A DNA stretch of 64,000 nt from Gracilinema caldarium (GCF_029265695.1 NZ_JAJUHW010000001.1:48992-112991); one strand, 5' to 3'; positions 9,141 to 20,079 are shown, counted from the stretch's first letter. Notes: generated by a model not told the origin, from the letters alone. Translations and numbers: made by a program.

Positions 9141-10019
9141 ATGGAAGACAGATTTGCGATTAATCGAGACTTGGCCCGTATGCTTAAGGGCGGAGTTATT
9201 ATGGATGTGGTCAATGTGGAACAGGCTAAAATTGCCGAAGCTGCAGGGGCCGTGGCAGTAATGGCCCTGGAGCGGGTTCCCTCAGATATTCGAAAACAGG
9301 GCGGTGTGGCCCGGATGAGCGATCCAGCCATGATTACGGAGATTAAAAATGCGGTCAGTATTCCGGTTATGGCAAAATGCCGGATCGGACACTTTATAGA
9401 AGCGAGAATTCTTGAGGCCCTGGGTATCGATTATATTGATGAAAGTGAAGTGCTTACCCCGGCCGATGAGTCATATCATATCGATAAAAAGGCTTTCCGT
9501 ATTCCCTTTGTGTGCGGTGCCCGGGATCTGGGCGAGGCCCTCAGGCGTATTGGCGAAGGGGCTGCCATGATCCGGACCAAGGGCGAAGCCGGCACGGGCA
9601 ACGTGGTTGAGGCTGTGCGTCATTTACGAACCGTGAACGACGGCATCCGCCGGCTTCAGGGCCTGCCACGGGAAGAGCTTATGACTGCCGCCAAAGAACT
9701 GGGGGCCCCCTATGACCTGGTCTGCTACGTGGCCGAGAACGGAAAGCTTCCGGTAGTTAACTTTGCTGCTGGCGGCGTTGCAACGCCGGCGGATGCCGCC
9801 CTGATGATGGCCCTTGGGGCTGACGGGGTTTTTGTAGGCTCTGGTATCTTTAAGTCTGCGGATCCCGAAAAGCGGGCAAAGGCTATTGTTAAGGCCGTAA
9901 CCTACTGGCAGGATGCTCAGGTGCTCGCGGAGGTTTCCGCAGGGCTGGGAGAACCCATGTCCGGCATTGATCTCCGGGACCTGGCTCCCCAGGAACGACT
10001 TGCGGAGCGGGGCTGGTAA
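9141..10019 (+). CDS. pdxS: Pyridoxal 5'-phosphate synthase lyase subunit
   Basis: [46 protein letters not shown]. Confidence 0.98.
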   Translation: MEDRFAINRDLARMLKGGVIMDVVNVEQAKIAEAAGAVAVMALERVPSDIRKQGGVARMSDPAMITEIKNAVSIPVMAKCRIGHFIEARILEALGIDYIDESEVLTPADESYHIDKKAFRIPFVCGARDLGEALRRIGEGAAMIRTKGEAGTGNVVEAVRHLRTVNDGIRRLQGLPREELMTAAKELGAPYDLVCYVAENGKLPVVNFAAGGVATPADAALMMALGADGVFVGSGIFKSADPEKRAKAIVKAVTYWQDAQVLAEVSAGLGEPMSGIDLRDLAPQERLAERGW

Positions 10020-10606
10020 TGGTGCGGATTGGGGTTTTAGCCCTGCAGGGCGGGGTGGCCGAACATGCGGATATGCTCGCCCGCATTCCCGGTGTGGAGC
10101 CGGTTTGGGTTCGAACCGCCGCGGATTTAGAGTCCACCGATGCCCTCATTATTCCCGGCGGTGAAAGTACCGCGGTGGGGACTATCCTGGCCCATGATCC
10201 GCGGGGACAGGCATTGCGGGAACTCCTAGTTACCCGAATACAAAAGGGCTTCCCAGTGTGGGGTACCTGTATGGGGGCCATACTCCTTGCCCGCAATATC
10301 AGAAACGATCACCGGCGGCACCTGGCGGTAATGGATATCGAGGTTCATCGAAATGCCTATGGGAGTCAGCTGGACAGTTTTACCGTTTCTGAACCAATCG
10401 AAGGACTCGAGGGCGGCCCCTTCCCCATGGTTTTTATCCGGGCTCCGGTTATATCTGATGTTGGCGCGAGGGTTCAGGTGCTTGCCCGTCATGGAGGACA
10501 GATTGTGGCTTGCAGGCAGCAGAACCTATTGGCATCGACCTTTCATCCTGAGCTTACCGAGGATGATCGGTTTCACCGCTATTTTGTCTCCTTTGTAAAA
10601 AATTAA
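10019..10606 (+). CDS. pdxT: PLP synthase glutaminase subunit
   Basis: GVLALQG, IIPGGEST, WGTCMG, FIRAP, TFHPEL; TAATG coupling with pdxS. Confidence 0.97.
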   Translation: MVRIGVLALQGGVAEHADMLARIPGVEPVWVRTAADLESTDALIIPGGESTAVGTILAHDPRGQALRELLVTRIQKGFPVWGTCMGAILLARNIRNDHRRHLAVMDIEVHRNAYGSQLDSFTVSEPIEGLEGGPFPMVFIRAPVISDVGARVQVLARHGGQIVACRQQNLLASTFHPELTEDDRFHRYFVSFVKN

Positions 10607-10613
10607 TTGTAAT

Positions 10614-10661
10614 ACTAGTTCCGCACGAGCATCGGGTCTGTGCGGAATTCGCGGAACTAGT
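10614..10661. repeat. Nested inverted repeat (three arms) downstream of pdxT
   Basis: ACTAGTTCCGC 10614-10624 / GCGGAACTAGT 10651-10661; alternative pairing TTCCGCAC 10619-10626 / GTGCGGAA 10640-10647. Confidence 0.7.
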
Positions 10662-10723
10662 GGAACTTTTAAAAAGCAGCTTGAAATTTGCCTTTTTCAT
10701 TGTTATCTGTAATAGTTAAACCA

Positions 10724-12481
10724 ATGAAAACTATAAAAAATCGAAAAGTAGGTACCTTTACTATTATCCTCCTTATGCTATTCTTTTCGATTTTTATACC
10801 CCTTTCGCTTACTTTGGTGTTGTGGCGTGTCATGTACTGGGGGTCAACAACGAGAGCCCTTGGCCTCTCGCAAATCGAAAGCACCTTGAACGGGGCTACC
10901 CAGCTTTTAAACATGTACAGCCCCCTTACCGGAGGCATCCCCGATACCGAAGGCTTTGCCCAGCTTAAACGACTTCTCAACGGTCCTATTGTCAGTTTCC
11001 GTTTTGGCCCATTTACGCCAGAAGATTTACAGATTTTTTTGCAGGATTTTTTAGAGACAAAATCTCTATGTGTATCTGATACACACATTCTTGATGATTC
11101 TGGCCGGGAAATAGGGAAGCAAAATCCCAGCGGAGAGTGGGTACTGACCGCAGCTCATTGGGTGAGCAAGGGGGCATATAAATGGGACTCTCTTTTGGAG
11201 GAGCAGCGCCGGCGCTATGCAAATGCAAAAAATTATGTACAAGTTTCCCGGGATATTTCTAAGGCCGTGGTAAGGCTCGGCAACAGCGGTTACCTTTGGG
11301 CCATCAGTGCGGCAACGAACCCGGATATGCATTGTTTTGAACTAATTCATCCCCAATTGGAAGGAATTGATATAACTTACAGCACGAATAGCAAAAAGAT
11401 AAGGGTAGGTTTTGAAATCGCATCCCTCAGGGGCTTGTTATTAAGCCCAGAGGCAGACAAAATTGCCTCCATGAGCGATATTGTTCGCTTTGATTACAGT
11501 TGGAAAAATCCGGAAGATCTGAAGGAACGGAGCAAAATAGTCCTCATGAGGTATATAAAAAGTCATAATTTTGTTCTCGCAGCGGGCTTGTACGAAAATG
11601 AGTACTTTATGCCAGCCCAGGCTGCTGAACAGCTTTTTATATTCCTTATCTTTTCTATGGCAGTTCTTGTGTTTGCCTTCATGTTCTTGTTCTTTCGGAA
11701 AATTGCCCGGAGCCTTGTAGTTCTGTCTAATTATGCTGAAATGACTGCCCGATCCGATGGCACGATTCATCGGCTTTCACCTACTGGCTTCCGTGAAATG
11801 GACAAGCTTTCTGAAAGCTTTGCTAGAATGGAAGAGGAGATCCTTAAAAGGGAGACCAATCTGGTTCACGAACTCCAGGAAAAGGATGCGCTTATCCAGG
11901 AAGTACATCATCGGGTTAAAAACAATCTTTCGGTCCTCATAAGCATGATTTCTCTGCAAATACAGCAGGTACAATCGGAAGATGCCCTTGATGCCCTTAA
12001 TCAATTACAGGGCCGGGTCAATTCTATGGCGTTGGTGTACCAACAGCTATTTGGAGCTAATCAATATACACACCTTCCTTTTGATGAATACGTTCGGGGC
12101 ATACTTGCCTATTACCAGAGCGGATATAACGGAGGAAGGATCGAGCGGAAAGAATCTCTGAATCATTGCGAAATTGAACTAGAACGGGCAGTCCCGTTGG
12201 GACTCATTGTAAACGAACTTGTATCCAACGCATTTACCCACGGTATTCCGCATAATCGTTTACCCAAGATAGAAATAGGTCTTACAACTCATGACAAGGG
12301 GATAGAGTTTTTTGTGGAAGACAATGGCAATGGGTACCAGAATCATGACAAAGAAAAAACAGGAATGCTTTTAGTTCGGGCCCTCTGTACACAATTAAAG
12401 GCTGAGCTTCTTATTGAAAGTCCATTAGATGCAGAGGGTGGCTGTCGGGTAACGGTTAAGGTTCCCTACAAGGCAACCTGA
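10724..12481 (+). CDS. Membrane sensor histidine kinase, HisKA_2 family
   Basis: Two TM segments, Cache-like periplasmic part, H-box EVHHRVKNNL, N-box NELVSNAFTHG, G1 EDNGNG; start placed at ATG 10724. Confidence 0.88.
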   Translation: MKTIKNRKVGTFTIILLMLFFSIFIPLSLTLVLWRVMYWGSTTRALGLSQIESTLNGATQLLNMYSPLTGGIPDTEGFAQLKRLLNGPIVSFRFGPFTPEDLQIFLQDFLETKSLCVSDTHILDDSGREIGKQNPSGEWVLTAAHWVSKGAYKWDSLLEEQRRRYANAKNYVQVSRDISKAVVRLGNSGYLWAISAATNPDMHCFELIHPQLEGIDITYSTNSKKIRVGFEIASLRGLLLSPEADKIASMSDIVRFDYSWKNPEDLKERSKIVLMRYIKSHNFVLAAGLYENEYFMPAQAAEQLFIFLIFSMAVLVFAFMFLFFRKIARSLVVLSNYAEMTARSDGTIHRLSPTGFREMDKLSESFARMEEEILKRETNLVHELQEKDALIQEVHHRVKNNLSVLISMISLQIQQVQSEDALDALNQLQGRVNSMALVYQQLFGANQYTHLPFDEYVRGILAYYQSGYNGGRIERKESLNHCEIELERAVPLGLIVNELVSNAFTHGIPHNRLPKIEIGLTTHDKGIEFFVEDNGNGYQNHDKEKTGMLLVRALCTQLKAELLIESPLDAEGGCRVTVKVPYKAT

Positions 12482-14568
12482 GCAAATGGCGGGGCCCGTT
12501 CCAAAACCTGTCGAATAACCAGATGTTCTGGAGCAAGGAGCCCCGGATCCCGTTCTAGGATACCAAAAGCCTCTTCCCGGACTACTTCGAGCAGCGATGA
12601 ATCCTCTACGGGATCTGCAAGACCGAGATTAATATAGCCCGATTGTACTGTTCCTGCGATGTGTCCGGGACCCCGCAGTTTAAGATCCTCTTCTGCAATA
12701 GTAAAACCGTCGCTATATTCTAACATTATCTTAAGACGCTGCTTCCCGTCCCCAGTAAGCCGATCGCTATAAACTAAAAAACAATAGGATTGATCCTGTC
12801 CCCGGCCGACACGGCCCCGAAGCTGGTGAAGCGCAGAAAGGCCAAAACGTTCAGCATGTTCTATTACCATACAGGTCGCATTTGGGACATCAACACCGAC
12901 TTCGACAACGCTGGTAGCAACAAGAATATGTATGTCTCCTGTGCGGAAGGCTGTCATGGTTTTGCGTTTTTCATCTTCGTCGATCCGGGAATGTACCAGG
13001 GCTACGCGGTACTCTGGAAAAATTGATGATGCGAGTCTCTTTGCCATGGCCTGGGCGTTTTTTATGTTTCCACTGTCCTGTGAGTCTTCATCTCCTTCGA
13101 TAAGGGGATAGACAAAATAGGCCTGATGGCCTGCGGCGAGTTCTTGTCGAACAAAGTCATAGACTTTTTTTTCGTTAGGCTGCTTAGCCAAATGGGTTTT
13201 TACGGTTTTACGGCCCGGTGGTACATCTTTTATGACCGAAACATCCAGGTCCCCAAACACGGTCAATGCCAAGGTTCGAGGAATGGGCGTAGCGCTCATC
13301 ATAAGGAGGTCCGGATGGTCTCCTTTAGCCATAATGGCACTCCGCTGGAGGACCCCGAAACGGTGCTGTTCATCGATAATGACAAGTCTGAGCTTGTGGT
13401 AGCGGACATCTGCGGAAAAGAGGGTATGGGTGCCGATTACGATATGTATGTGGCCTGCTGCTAAAGCTTTAAGGAGGGCGCTGCGGCCCGCTGCCTTGAT
13501 ATTTCCCGTTAAAAAGGCCACTGAAATACCGAGGGGCTCCAAGAGCCGCGCGGCATTTTCCGCATGCTGGCGGGCTAGTAGTTCCGTCGGTACTAGTATA
13601 GCTGTCTGGCCGCCATATTCTAGGGCCCGAAGGGCCGCCATAAACGAAACAAGTGTTTTGCCGGATCCCACGTCTCCCTGTAATAGCCGCGCCATTGGAT
13701 GAGGGCCTGACATATCCTGATTGATTTCATGTATGGCATTCAATTGGCCGCCGGTCAGTTTAAATGGGAGCCGCTCTGCCAGGCGCTGCTGCAATGGGCT
13801 TAGTCCTAGGCTTTGTCTATTGTCGAGATTTGGCAATGCTGGCTCCTGCCGCCTGCATTCTTGGCGCCGTTCCAAAGCTCTGCGACCAATAAGTACTTCA
13901 AGATAAAAGAGTTCTTCGAATTTGATGCGCCGTACTGCTGCTTCCAGTTCATCTCGGCTTTTAGGGAAGTGAATAGCATGCAGGGCTGCACTTTTAGACA
14001 ATAGTCCATATTTTTTAAGAACCGGCTCCGGCAGTTCTTCTTCCAGATTTTTTCCGTATATGTGGAGTGCCTGATACATGAGCCGACGTAGTATTTTTTG
14101 AGATAACCCAGCACTGAGCGGATAGATTGGCAGAAATGGAAACTCTATGGAAGTGCGTGCCTGTTCAGCATTTTCTATTTCAAAATTGGTCGATTGAAGA
14201 CACCCATACCTATAGGAGAATTGTCCTAAAATAATATATTGTTTTCCGACAACCAGTTGTTTTTCGAGGAATGGGCGATTAAAACAGATAAGCTCTGCTC
14301 GACCTGTTTCATCTTCAATATGGACTTTGAGGGTCTTTTTAGGATAACCGAACCATTCATGGGCGAGCACCCGGGCGATAGTATAGACCTGTCGTTCCTG
14401 GTTCCACTGGGAAAGGCTTACAAAATGGCTGCGGTCTTCCCAGTCCCGGGGAAAATAACTCAAGAGAGCGGCAATATCGGAAATACCGAGCCGTGCTAAA
14501 ATTTGGCTGGTCTGAGATCCTGCCCCTTTGAGTGTGTTGATGGAAGCCCTTAGCTCGTTAAGAAACAA
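12466..14568 (-). CDS. recG: ATP-dependent DNA helicase RecG
   Basis: LLQGDVGSGKT, IIDEQHRFG, MSATPIPRT, LHQLRGRVGRG, DLKLRGPG. Confidence 0.97.
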   Translation of the reverse strand: MFLNELRASINTLKGAGSQTSQILARLGISDIAALLSYFPRDWEDRSHFVSLSQWNQERQVYTIARVLAHEWFGYPKKTLKVHIEDETGRAELICFNRPFLEKQLVVGKQYIILGQFSYRYGCLQSTNFEIENAEQARTSIEFPFLPIYPLSAGLSQKILRRLMYQALHIYGKNLEEELPEPVLKKYGLLSKSAALHAIHFPKSRDELEAAVRRIKFEELFYLEVLIGRRALERRQECRRQEPALPNLDNRQSLGLSPLQQRLAERLPFKLTGGQLNAIHEINQDMSGPHPMARLLQGDVGSGKTLVSFMAALRALEYGGQTAILVPTELLARQHAENAARLLEPLGISVAFLTGNIKAAGRSALLKALAAGHIHIVIGTHTLFSADVRYHKLRLVIIDEQHRFGVLQRSAIMAKGDHPDLLMMSATPIPRTLALTVFGDLDVSVIKDVPPGRKTVKTHLAKQPNEKKVYDFVRQELAAGHQAYFVYPLIEGDEDSQDSGNIKNAQAMAKRLASSIFPEYRVALVHSRIDEDEKRKTMTAFRTGDIHILVATSVVEVGVDVPNATCMVIEHAERFGLSALHQLRGRVGRGQDQSYCFLVYSDRLTGDGKQRLKIMLEYSDGFTIAEEDLKLRGPGHIAGTVQSGYINLGLADPVEDSSLLEVVREEAFGILERDPGLLAPEHLVIRQVLERAPPFAQVAL

Positions 14569-14589
14569 CGTGATTCCTTACAACAAAAT

Positions 14590-15180
14590 TTAAAAGGGGA
14601 GCCGCACCAACAGGTTGGAAATAAGACTTACCAGTATGCCTCCTGCAATACGGATGGCAAGGAGTACGATGACGGTGGTTAAAATGCCTGTTTTGTAAGT
14701 GACAAGCCGATCACGGAATATAAGGCGGTTTACCCGATATAGAAGCGGTTTTGAGAGAGCGTCCACAGAACGCCAGATTGGGTGGACATTATTGCTTCCA
14801 AGTATATAGGCAATTAACCTCACGACAAGTATTACTATAAAGAAACTGATTACAAAGGCAACGGCGGACCAGATGCTGGAAAGGAGCATGGACAGGATGA
14901 TCCCTACGGTAATACGGCCGTAGACTGCAATGGTTAAAAAAATATTGTTCGCTAAAGCAAGCACCGCGAGGGCCGCTAGGGGAGAAAAATCGAGCTGTTC
15001 TGTACGCAGCTGGGGAAAACGGCGAAACCAGTTTAAATATGGATCGGTGACCCTGCTTATTAGGTCCGCTGAGCGTCCCAGCGAAAGGGGGCTGTCAAAC
15101 CAGCTGAGCATGATTCTTAAAAAGAGGAGAATCATATAGACAGTGGTGATTGAAGCCAGTATCCGCATCAGTATTCCCAT
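14590..15180 (-). CDS. YggT family membrane protein
   Basis: Two YggT-like repeats (SRVTDPYLNWFRRF...DFSPLAAL; DALSKPLLY); GGAGG SD. Confidence 0.85.
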   Translation of the reverse strand: MGILMRILASITTVYMILLFLRIMLSWFDSPLSLGRSADLISRVTDPYLNWFRRFPQLRTEQLDFSPLAALAVLALANNIFLTIAVYGRITVGIILSMLLSSIWSAVAFVISFFIVILVVRLIAYILGSNNVHPIWRSVDALSKPLLYRVNRLIFRDRLVTYKTGILTTVIVLLAIRIAGGILVSLISNLLVRLPF

Positions 15181-15298
15181 AGATCCCTCCTAAGCCAATT
15201 CTGTACTCATTAGCATACTAAAAGGCTTCCCATTAGTCGAGGCCCTTCTTTTCAGTAGACAAAAAATACTTTATATTTGAGCCAAAGAGGGTAGGCAC

Positions 15299-16546
15299 AT
15301 GTTGCAGATATTACATATTGATAGAAGTGAGTTATTCAGAAAAGTAATGCAGGAAATTATCCTCCGATGTGGTCACACCGTTCATAGTGTGGCTTCGAAA
15401 AAAGAAGCCCTTACATATCTCTCATCGAATATGGTTGATCTTGTCATTACAGCTTTGGAATTTGACGATGGAGACGCGGAATCTTTTATAATTGATATGC
15501 CCCAATCGGCTAAAAAAGAAATTCCCGTTGTGGTGGTAACCTCCAGTGATTCCTTGGAATTGCGGGAGCGCCTTTTTAGTCTAGGCGTGGTTGATTATAT
15601 TCTTAAATCAGACGTTAACGAAGAGCATTTTAAGCATTTCTTTGCTACCCTTTCTGCGGAGGACGAACTATCCCGCTTTATGCGGGACATGAAGGTAGCC
15701 ATATTGGATGATTCTCCAATCATACTCAAGGTTGTTCATCGCATTCTTGATATGAACGGTTTCCAGTTTATGGATTTTTTTGGTACACCCCAGGAATTGC
15801 TTAAAAGCGGTAAAAACTATGATTTGTATCTTATCGATATGGTGCTTCCCGAATTGACCGGCGACAAGGTTATAAAGGAACTCCGTTCTATGCAGCCAAA
15901 TGCTATCATTATTAGTATGTCCCAGTTTACCGGAGAAAAATCGATTTCAACGGTGCTCATGGCTGGGGCCGATGACTATATCCATAAGCCCTTTGATGCT
16001 GCGTCTCTTTTGTCCCGGATAAAGATCAATGTACGGTCCTATCAATATAAAAAACGGCTGGAACTCATGGCGGTTACTGACGGGCTTACGGGACTGTACA
16101 ACCACCGGTTTATTTTTGAAAGATTGGAAGAGGAAACAGCTAAAGTGAGCCGTTATGGCCGGCCCTTATCTGTCATTATGCTGGACATCGATAATTTTAA
16201 ACGGGTGAACGATACTTTTGGTCACCGTACAGGAGACGAGGTTATCCAATCGGTTGCCAATTCGATTATAGCGAATATCCGCAAAACTGATGTGGCGGGC
16301 CGCTATGGTGGAGAAGAATTCCTGGTGCTGCTTCCCGAAACTGACCTTAAAGCTGCCCAGGTAGTGGCAGAAAAGATAAGAAGTACCGTGAACCAGCTCA
16401 GTTTTGCTACCTCTGCCTTGTCCGTGACTATATCTGCTGGCGTAGCCGAAGCTGAGAAGGGCGAAACCTTCGAAGCTCTTATTACTCGGGTAGATACAAA
16501 ACTCTATCAAGCAAAGCGGAACGGAAAAAACAGGGTAGAAGGTTAA
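15299..16546 (+). CDS. PleD-like diguanylate cyclase (pseudo-REC, REC, GGDEF)
   Basis: Two receiver domains; TDGLTGLYNH; MLDIDNFK; I-site RKTD; GGEEF. Confidence 0.93.
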   Translation: MLQILHIDRSELFRKVMQEIILRCGHTVHSVASKKEALTYLSSNMVDLVITALEFDDGDAESFIIDMPQSAKKEIPVVVVTSSDSLELRERLFSLGVVDYILKSDVNEEHFKHFFATLSAEDELSRFMRDMKVAILDDSPIILKVVHRILDMNGFQFMDFFGTPQELLKSGKNYDLYLIDMVLPELTGDKVIKELRSMQPNAIIISMSQFTGEKSISTVLMAGADDYIHKPFDAASLLSRIKINVRSYQYKKRLELMAVTDGLTGLYNHRFIFERLEEETAKVSRYGRPLSVIMLDIDNFKRVNDTFGHRTGDEVIQSVANSIIANIRKTDVAGRYGGEEFLVLLPETDLKAAQVVAEKIRSTVNQLSFATSALSVTISAGVAEAEKGETFEALITRVDTKLYQAKRNGKNRVEG

Positions 16547-16551
16547 AGGCT

Positions 16552-16581
16552 CGCTGATAAAGGTTTATACCTTTGTCAGCG
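16552..16581. terminator. Hairpin between convergent DGC and dnaE genes
   Basis: CGCTGATAAAGGT-TTAT-ACCTTTGTCAGCG. Confidence 0.7.
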
Positions 16582-16600
16582 TCTTGCATCTCATAGGCTT

Positions 16601-19600
16601 TTATTCCCGCCAGACCTCCGCAACACCGGGCAGCATACCTATCGATTCCAGCGCCCATGAATCGGCGCCGCTTGTAATCTGTGTTGCGGTCCGCACGACC
16701 GATTCACCACCGGGAACCGGAATGTGAATAAAAACCGAACAGGGGCCAGAGTGTTCAAAGAGGTGGTCCCGCAGGGGATATAGATTCTCTTCCCGTGTAC
16801 AGACTTCAGTTTTAAGCCGTATGTGAATTTCCCGGTATGATTTTTCGGTGAGGTTTTGGATATCCAGCATTTCATTGACAATAAAGCTTATTTTTTCGCC
16901 CCGGGAACGGTCTACCTTGCCTTTCAGGGCTACGATTTCATCAATATGAAGCTTGTCCTTGTATTTTTCCCATGCGTCGGAAAAGAGGGTCAGGTCTATT
17001 TGTCCCTTAAAGTCCGCAAGGGAAGAAAAGCCCATCCATTTCCCATTTTTGGACTGGTAGGGACGCAAGGACTTGATTTGCCCGAGGATAACATATTCCT
17101 TGTCGGGGCTGGAACGTTCCGGATGGGATAGATCTAGGCTTACCGACCGTTCCCAGGTCTGCCGGTAGTCATCCATGGGATGGCCTGAAAAATAAAAACC
17201 GATGAGTTCCTTTTCTATGGCAAGCTGTTCCTGTTTGTCCCAGTCAGGCGCAGGCTCAAACTCAAAATCGGGATATTCTTTTTCGCCGGAGTCTTCGAAA
17301 AGGCTCGACTGGCCGAATTTCTTGTCTTCCTTTTTGTTTTGGGCATATTCGACTGCCCGTTCCAGGTTAGCAAGGAGGGTGGGCCGGCTTTGGCCGAGCC
17401 TGTCAAAGGCTCCGGTCTTTATAAGCAGCTCTATGACCTTTTTACCAACCGTTTTAATATCTACCCGGTCTAAAAAGTCCATAAAGGTGCTATAGGGGCC
17501 GTCTTTTGCGCGTTGGCCTATGATTTCATCCGCCGCCGCGTCTCCCAAGCCCTTAATGCCTAAAAGACCGTAAATTATTTTGCCGTCCACAACAGTAAAA
17601 TATTTTTCTGAACGGTTGATGTCCGGCGGTTCTATGGTAAGCCCCATGCGGCGGCTTTCATCAATATATTCGGGAAGCTTGTCCGTGCTGGTGATTTCGT
17701 TGGTAAGGTTGGCCGCCATGAATTCGGCAGGGAAGTTGGCTTTTAGATAGGCTGTCCGGTAGGCGACTAACGAGTAGGCCGCAGCGTGGCTCTTGTTAAA
17801 GCCGTAGCCTGCAAAGGGAACCAAGATCTCGAAGATCCGGTCTGCATCGGCTTCGGAAAAGCCCCTCTTTTTTGCCCCTTCAATGAACCGGGCTTTTTCC
17901 TTGACCATGACATCGGCCTTCTTTTTTCCCATGGCCCGTCTCAGCAGGTCCGCTTGGCCAAGGCTGTAACCGCCAATGATCTGGGCTACCTGCATAACCT
18001 GTTCCTGGTAAACGATGACGCCGTAGGTTTCCTTAAGGATCCCTTCCAGACAGGGATCGGGATATTCGATCGGCCTGCGGCCCCATTTTGAATCGACAAA
18101 CTGGGGGATGTAGGCCATGGGACCTGGCCGGTACAGGGCGTTCAAGGCAATGAGGTCCTCTATTTTGTTCGGTTTTGCCTGTTTCAGGATGCTCTGCATG
18201 CCTGAGGATTCGAACTGGAATACGCAGGTGCTTTGGCCCTCTCCAAGGAGCTTATAGGTAGCTGGATCGGTTTCGCTGACTTTATCCGCATCAAAATCGG
18301 CATATATTCCGCCACGCTTACGGATCAGGTCCTGGGTGTTTTTTATGAGAGTCAGTGTTTTAAGTCCCAGAAAGTCCATTTTTACCAGTCCGCATTCCTC
18401 AATCTGGTCCATGGTAAACTGGGTTGCGACGGTGCCGGTTTTAGCATCCCGGTAGAGGGGCACATAGTCGGTAAGCTCGGTCTTTCCGATGACGATACCT
18501 GCCGCATGGAGACTTGAGTGCCTGTTTTTGTTTTCCAGCCGTTTAGCTATGGCAAAAAGTTCCTGGTATTTGGGATCCTCCGCAAGTTTTGCCAGCTCAG
18601 GCTCCTGTTCCATAGCTTTAGCCAGGGTCATTTTGGGATCCTCAGGGATAAGCTTGGCGATACGGTTGGCCTCTTCCAGGGGAATATCCAGCGCTCGGGC
18701 TACATCTTTTATGACCGCCTTAGCTTTGAGGGTTCCAAAGGTGATAATCTGCCCGACCCGTTCCCGGCCATATTTCCGTGTTACATAGTCGATAACCTCT
18801 CCCCGCCGTTCGAAGCAAAAGTCTACGTCAAAGTCTGGCATGGATACCCGTTCGGGGTTTAGGAAACGCTCAAAGAGGAGGTTGTACTTAAGGGGATCTA
18901 TGTCGGTAATCCGCATGGCATAGGCGACAATAGAGCCTGCACCTGAACCGCGTCCGGGACCGACGGGAATGTCATGTTCCTTTGCCCAGTTAATAAAGTC
19001 CGCCACTATGAGAAAGTAGCCGACGAAGTCCATTTTTATGATGATATCCAGTTCGTAGTCGGCCCGCTGCCGAATTTCTTCGGTAATTTCCGCATAGCGT
19101 TTTTTAAGTCCCTCGTAGGTCAGGTGCCTGATATAATCCGCTCCATTGGTAAAGGGCGGGGGAAGTTCAAAATCGGGAAGCAGCGGTCCGGGGAGGGGGA
19201 TGCTGGTATGGCACCGTTCGGCGATACGGACCGTGTTCAGTATAGCTTCGGGATATTCCGGAAAGAGGGCTGCCATTTCATCGCCGCTTTTAAGGTAAAA
19301 CTCACTTGTTTCAAAGCGCATACGGCTCAGTTCGTTCCGTTTTTTATTAGTCGAGATACATAAGAGTATGTCCTGGGCTACCGAATCTTCTTTATCGAGG
19401 TAATGGATATCGTTGGTTACCACGAGGGGAATACCGGTCCGTTTTGATAGGTTTACAAGGAGTGGATTTACCTTTTTCTGTTCCGGCAGGCCATGGTCCT
19501 GGAGTTCCAAATAAAAGTTGTCATCCCCCAGGATTTCCCGGAGTCTCCTGGCCCGCTGCAGGGCTTCCTGGGCTTTTCCTTCCAGAAGGAGGCTGGGAAT

Positions 19601-20029
19601 TTCGCCCCCTAGACAGGCAGAAAGGCCAATGAGTCCCTCATGGTATTTAACCAGTAGTTCCTCGTCTATCCGAGGTTTATAATAAAATCCTTCGGTATAG
19701 GAAAAGGATGACAGCTTCATCAGGTTCCGGTAGCCCGTTTCACTCGTTGCCAAGAGCACTAGGTGGTAGTATTTATTGCCTGTTTCGGATCCTTTTTTAT
19801 CGAAGCGGGAACCGGTGGTCATATAAAATTCACTGCCGATAATGGGGTGTATCTCTGCGGCCTTGCATTCTTTAAAAAACTTGAGGGCGCCGAACATATT
19901 GCCGTGGTCTGTTAAGGCCAGGTGTTTCATACCCAGGGCCTTTGCCTTAGTGATAAGACTTTTTACCGAGGCCGCTCCATCTAAAAGAGAATAGTCCGAA
20001 TGGACATGGAGGTGAACAAAATCAGTCAT
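16601..20029 (-). CDS. dnaE: DNA polymerase III alpha subunit
   Basis: PHP motif HLHVHSDYSLLDG, GPGRGSGAGS, MPDFDVDF, GYGFNKSHAAAY. Start moved to ATG 20029, downstream of TTGAGA-N17-TACAAT. Confidence 0.98.
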   Translation of the reverse strand: MTDFVHLHVHSDYSLLDGAASVKSLITKAKALGMKHLALTDHGNMFGALKFFKECKAAEIHPIIGSEFYMTTGSRFDKKGSETGNKYYHLVLLATSETGYRNLMKLSSFSYTEGFYYKPRIDEELLVKYHEGLIGLSACLGGEIPSLLLEGKAQEALQRARRLREILGDDNFYLELQDHGLPEQKKVNPLLVNLSKRTGIPLVVTNDIHYLDKEDSVAQDILLCISTNKKRNELSRMRFETSEFYLKSGDEMAALFPEYPEAILNTVRIAERCHTSIPLPGPLLPDFELPPPFTNGADYIRHLTYEGLKKRYAEITEEIRQRADYELDIIIKMDFVGYFLIVADFINWAKEHDIPVGPGRGSGAGSIVAYAMRITDIDPLKYNLLFERFLNPERVSMPDFDVDFCFERRGEVIDYVTRKYGRERVGQIITFGTLKAKAVIKDVARALDIPLEEANRIAKLIPEDPKMTLAKAMEQEPELAKLAEDPKYQELFAIAKRLENKNRHSSLHAAGIVIGKTELTDYVPLYRDAKTGTVATQFTMDQIEECGLVKMDFLGLKTLTLIKNTQDLIRKRGGIYADFDADKVSETDPATYKLLGEGQSTCVFQFESSGMQSILKQAKPNKIEDLIALNALYRPGPMAYIPQFVDSKWGRRPIEYPDPCLEGILKETYGVIVYQEQVMQVAQIIGGYSLGQADLLRRAMGKKKADVMVKEKARFIEGAKKRGFSEADADRIFEILVPFAGYGFNKSHAAAYSLVAYRTAYLKANFPAEFMAANLTNEITSTDKLPEYIDESRRMGLTIEPPDINRSEKYFTVVDGKIIYGLLGIKGLGDAAADEIIGQRAKDGPYSTFMDFLDRVDIKTVGKKVIELLIKTGAFDRLGQSRPTLLANLERAVEYAQNKKEDKKFGQSSLFEDSGEKEYPDFEFEPAPDWDKQEQLAIEKELIGFYFSGHPMDDYRQTWERSVSLDLSHPERSSPDKEYVILGQIKSLRPYQSKNGKWMGFSSLADFKGQIDLTLFSDAWEKYKDKLHIDEIVALKGKVDRSRGEKISFIVNEMLDIQNLTEKSYREIHIRLKTEVCTREENLYPLRDHLFEHSGPCSVFIHIPVPGGESVVRTATQITSGADSWALESIGMLPGVAEVWRE

Positions 20030-20079
20030 AGATACCCTATTGTAACGGCGAAAAGACCACATCTCAAGGGGTAAAATGA

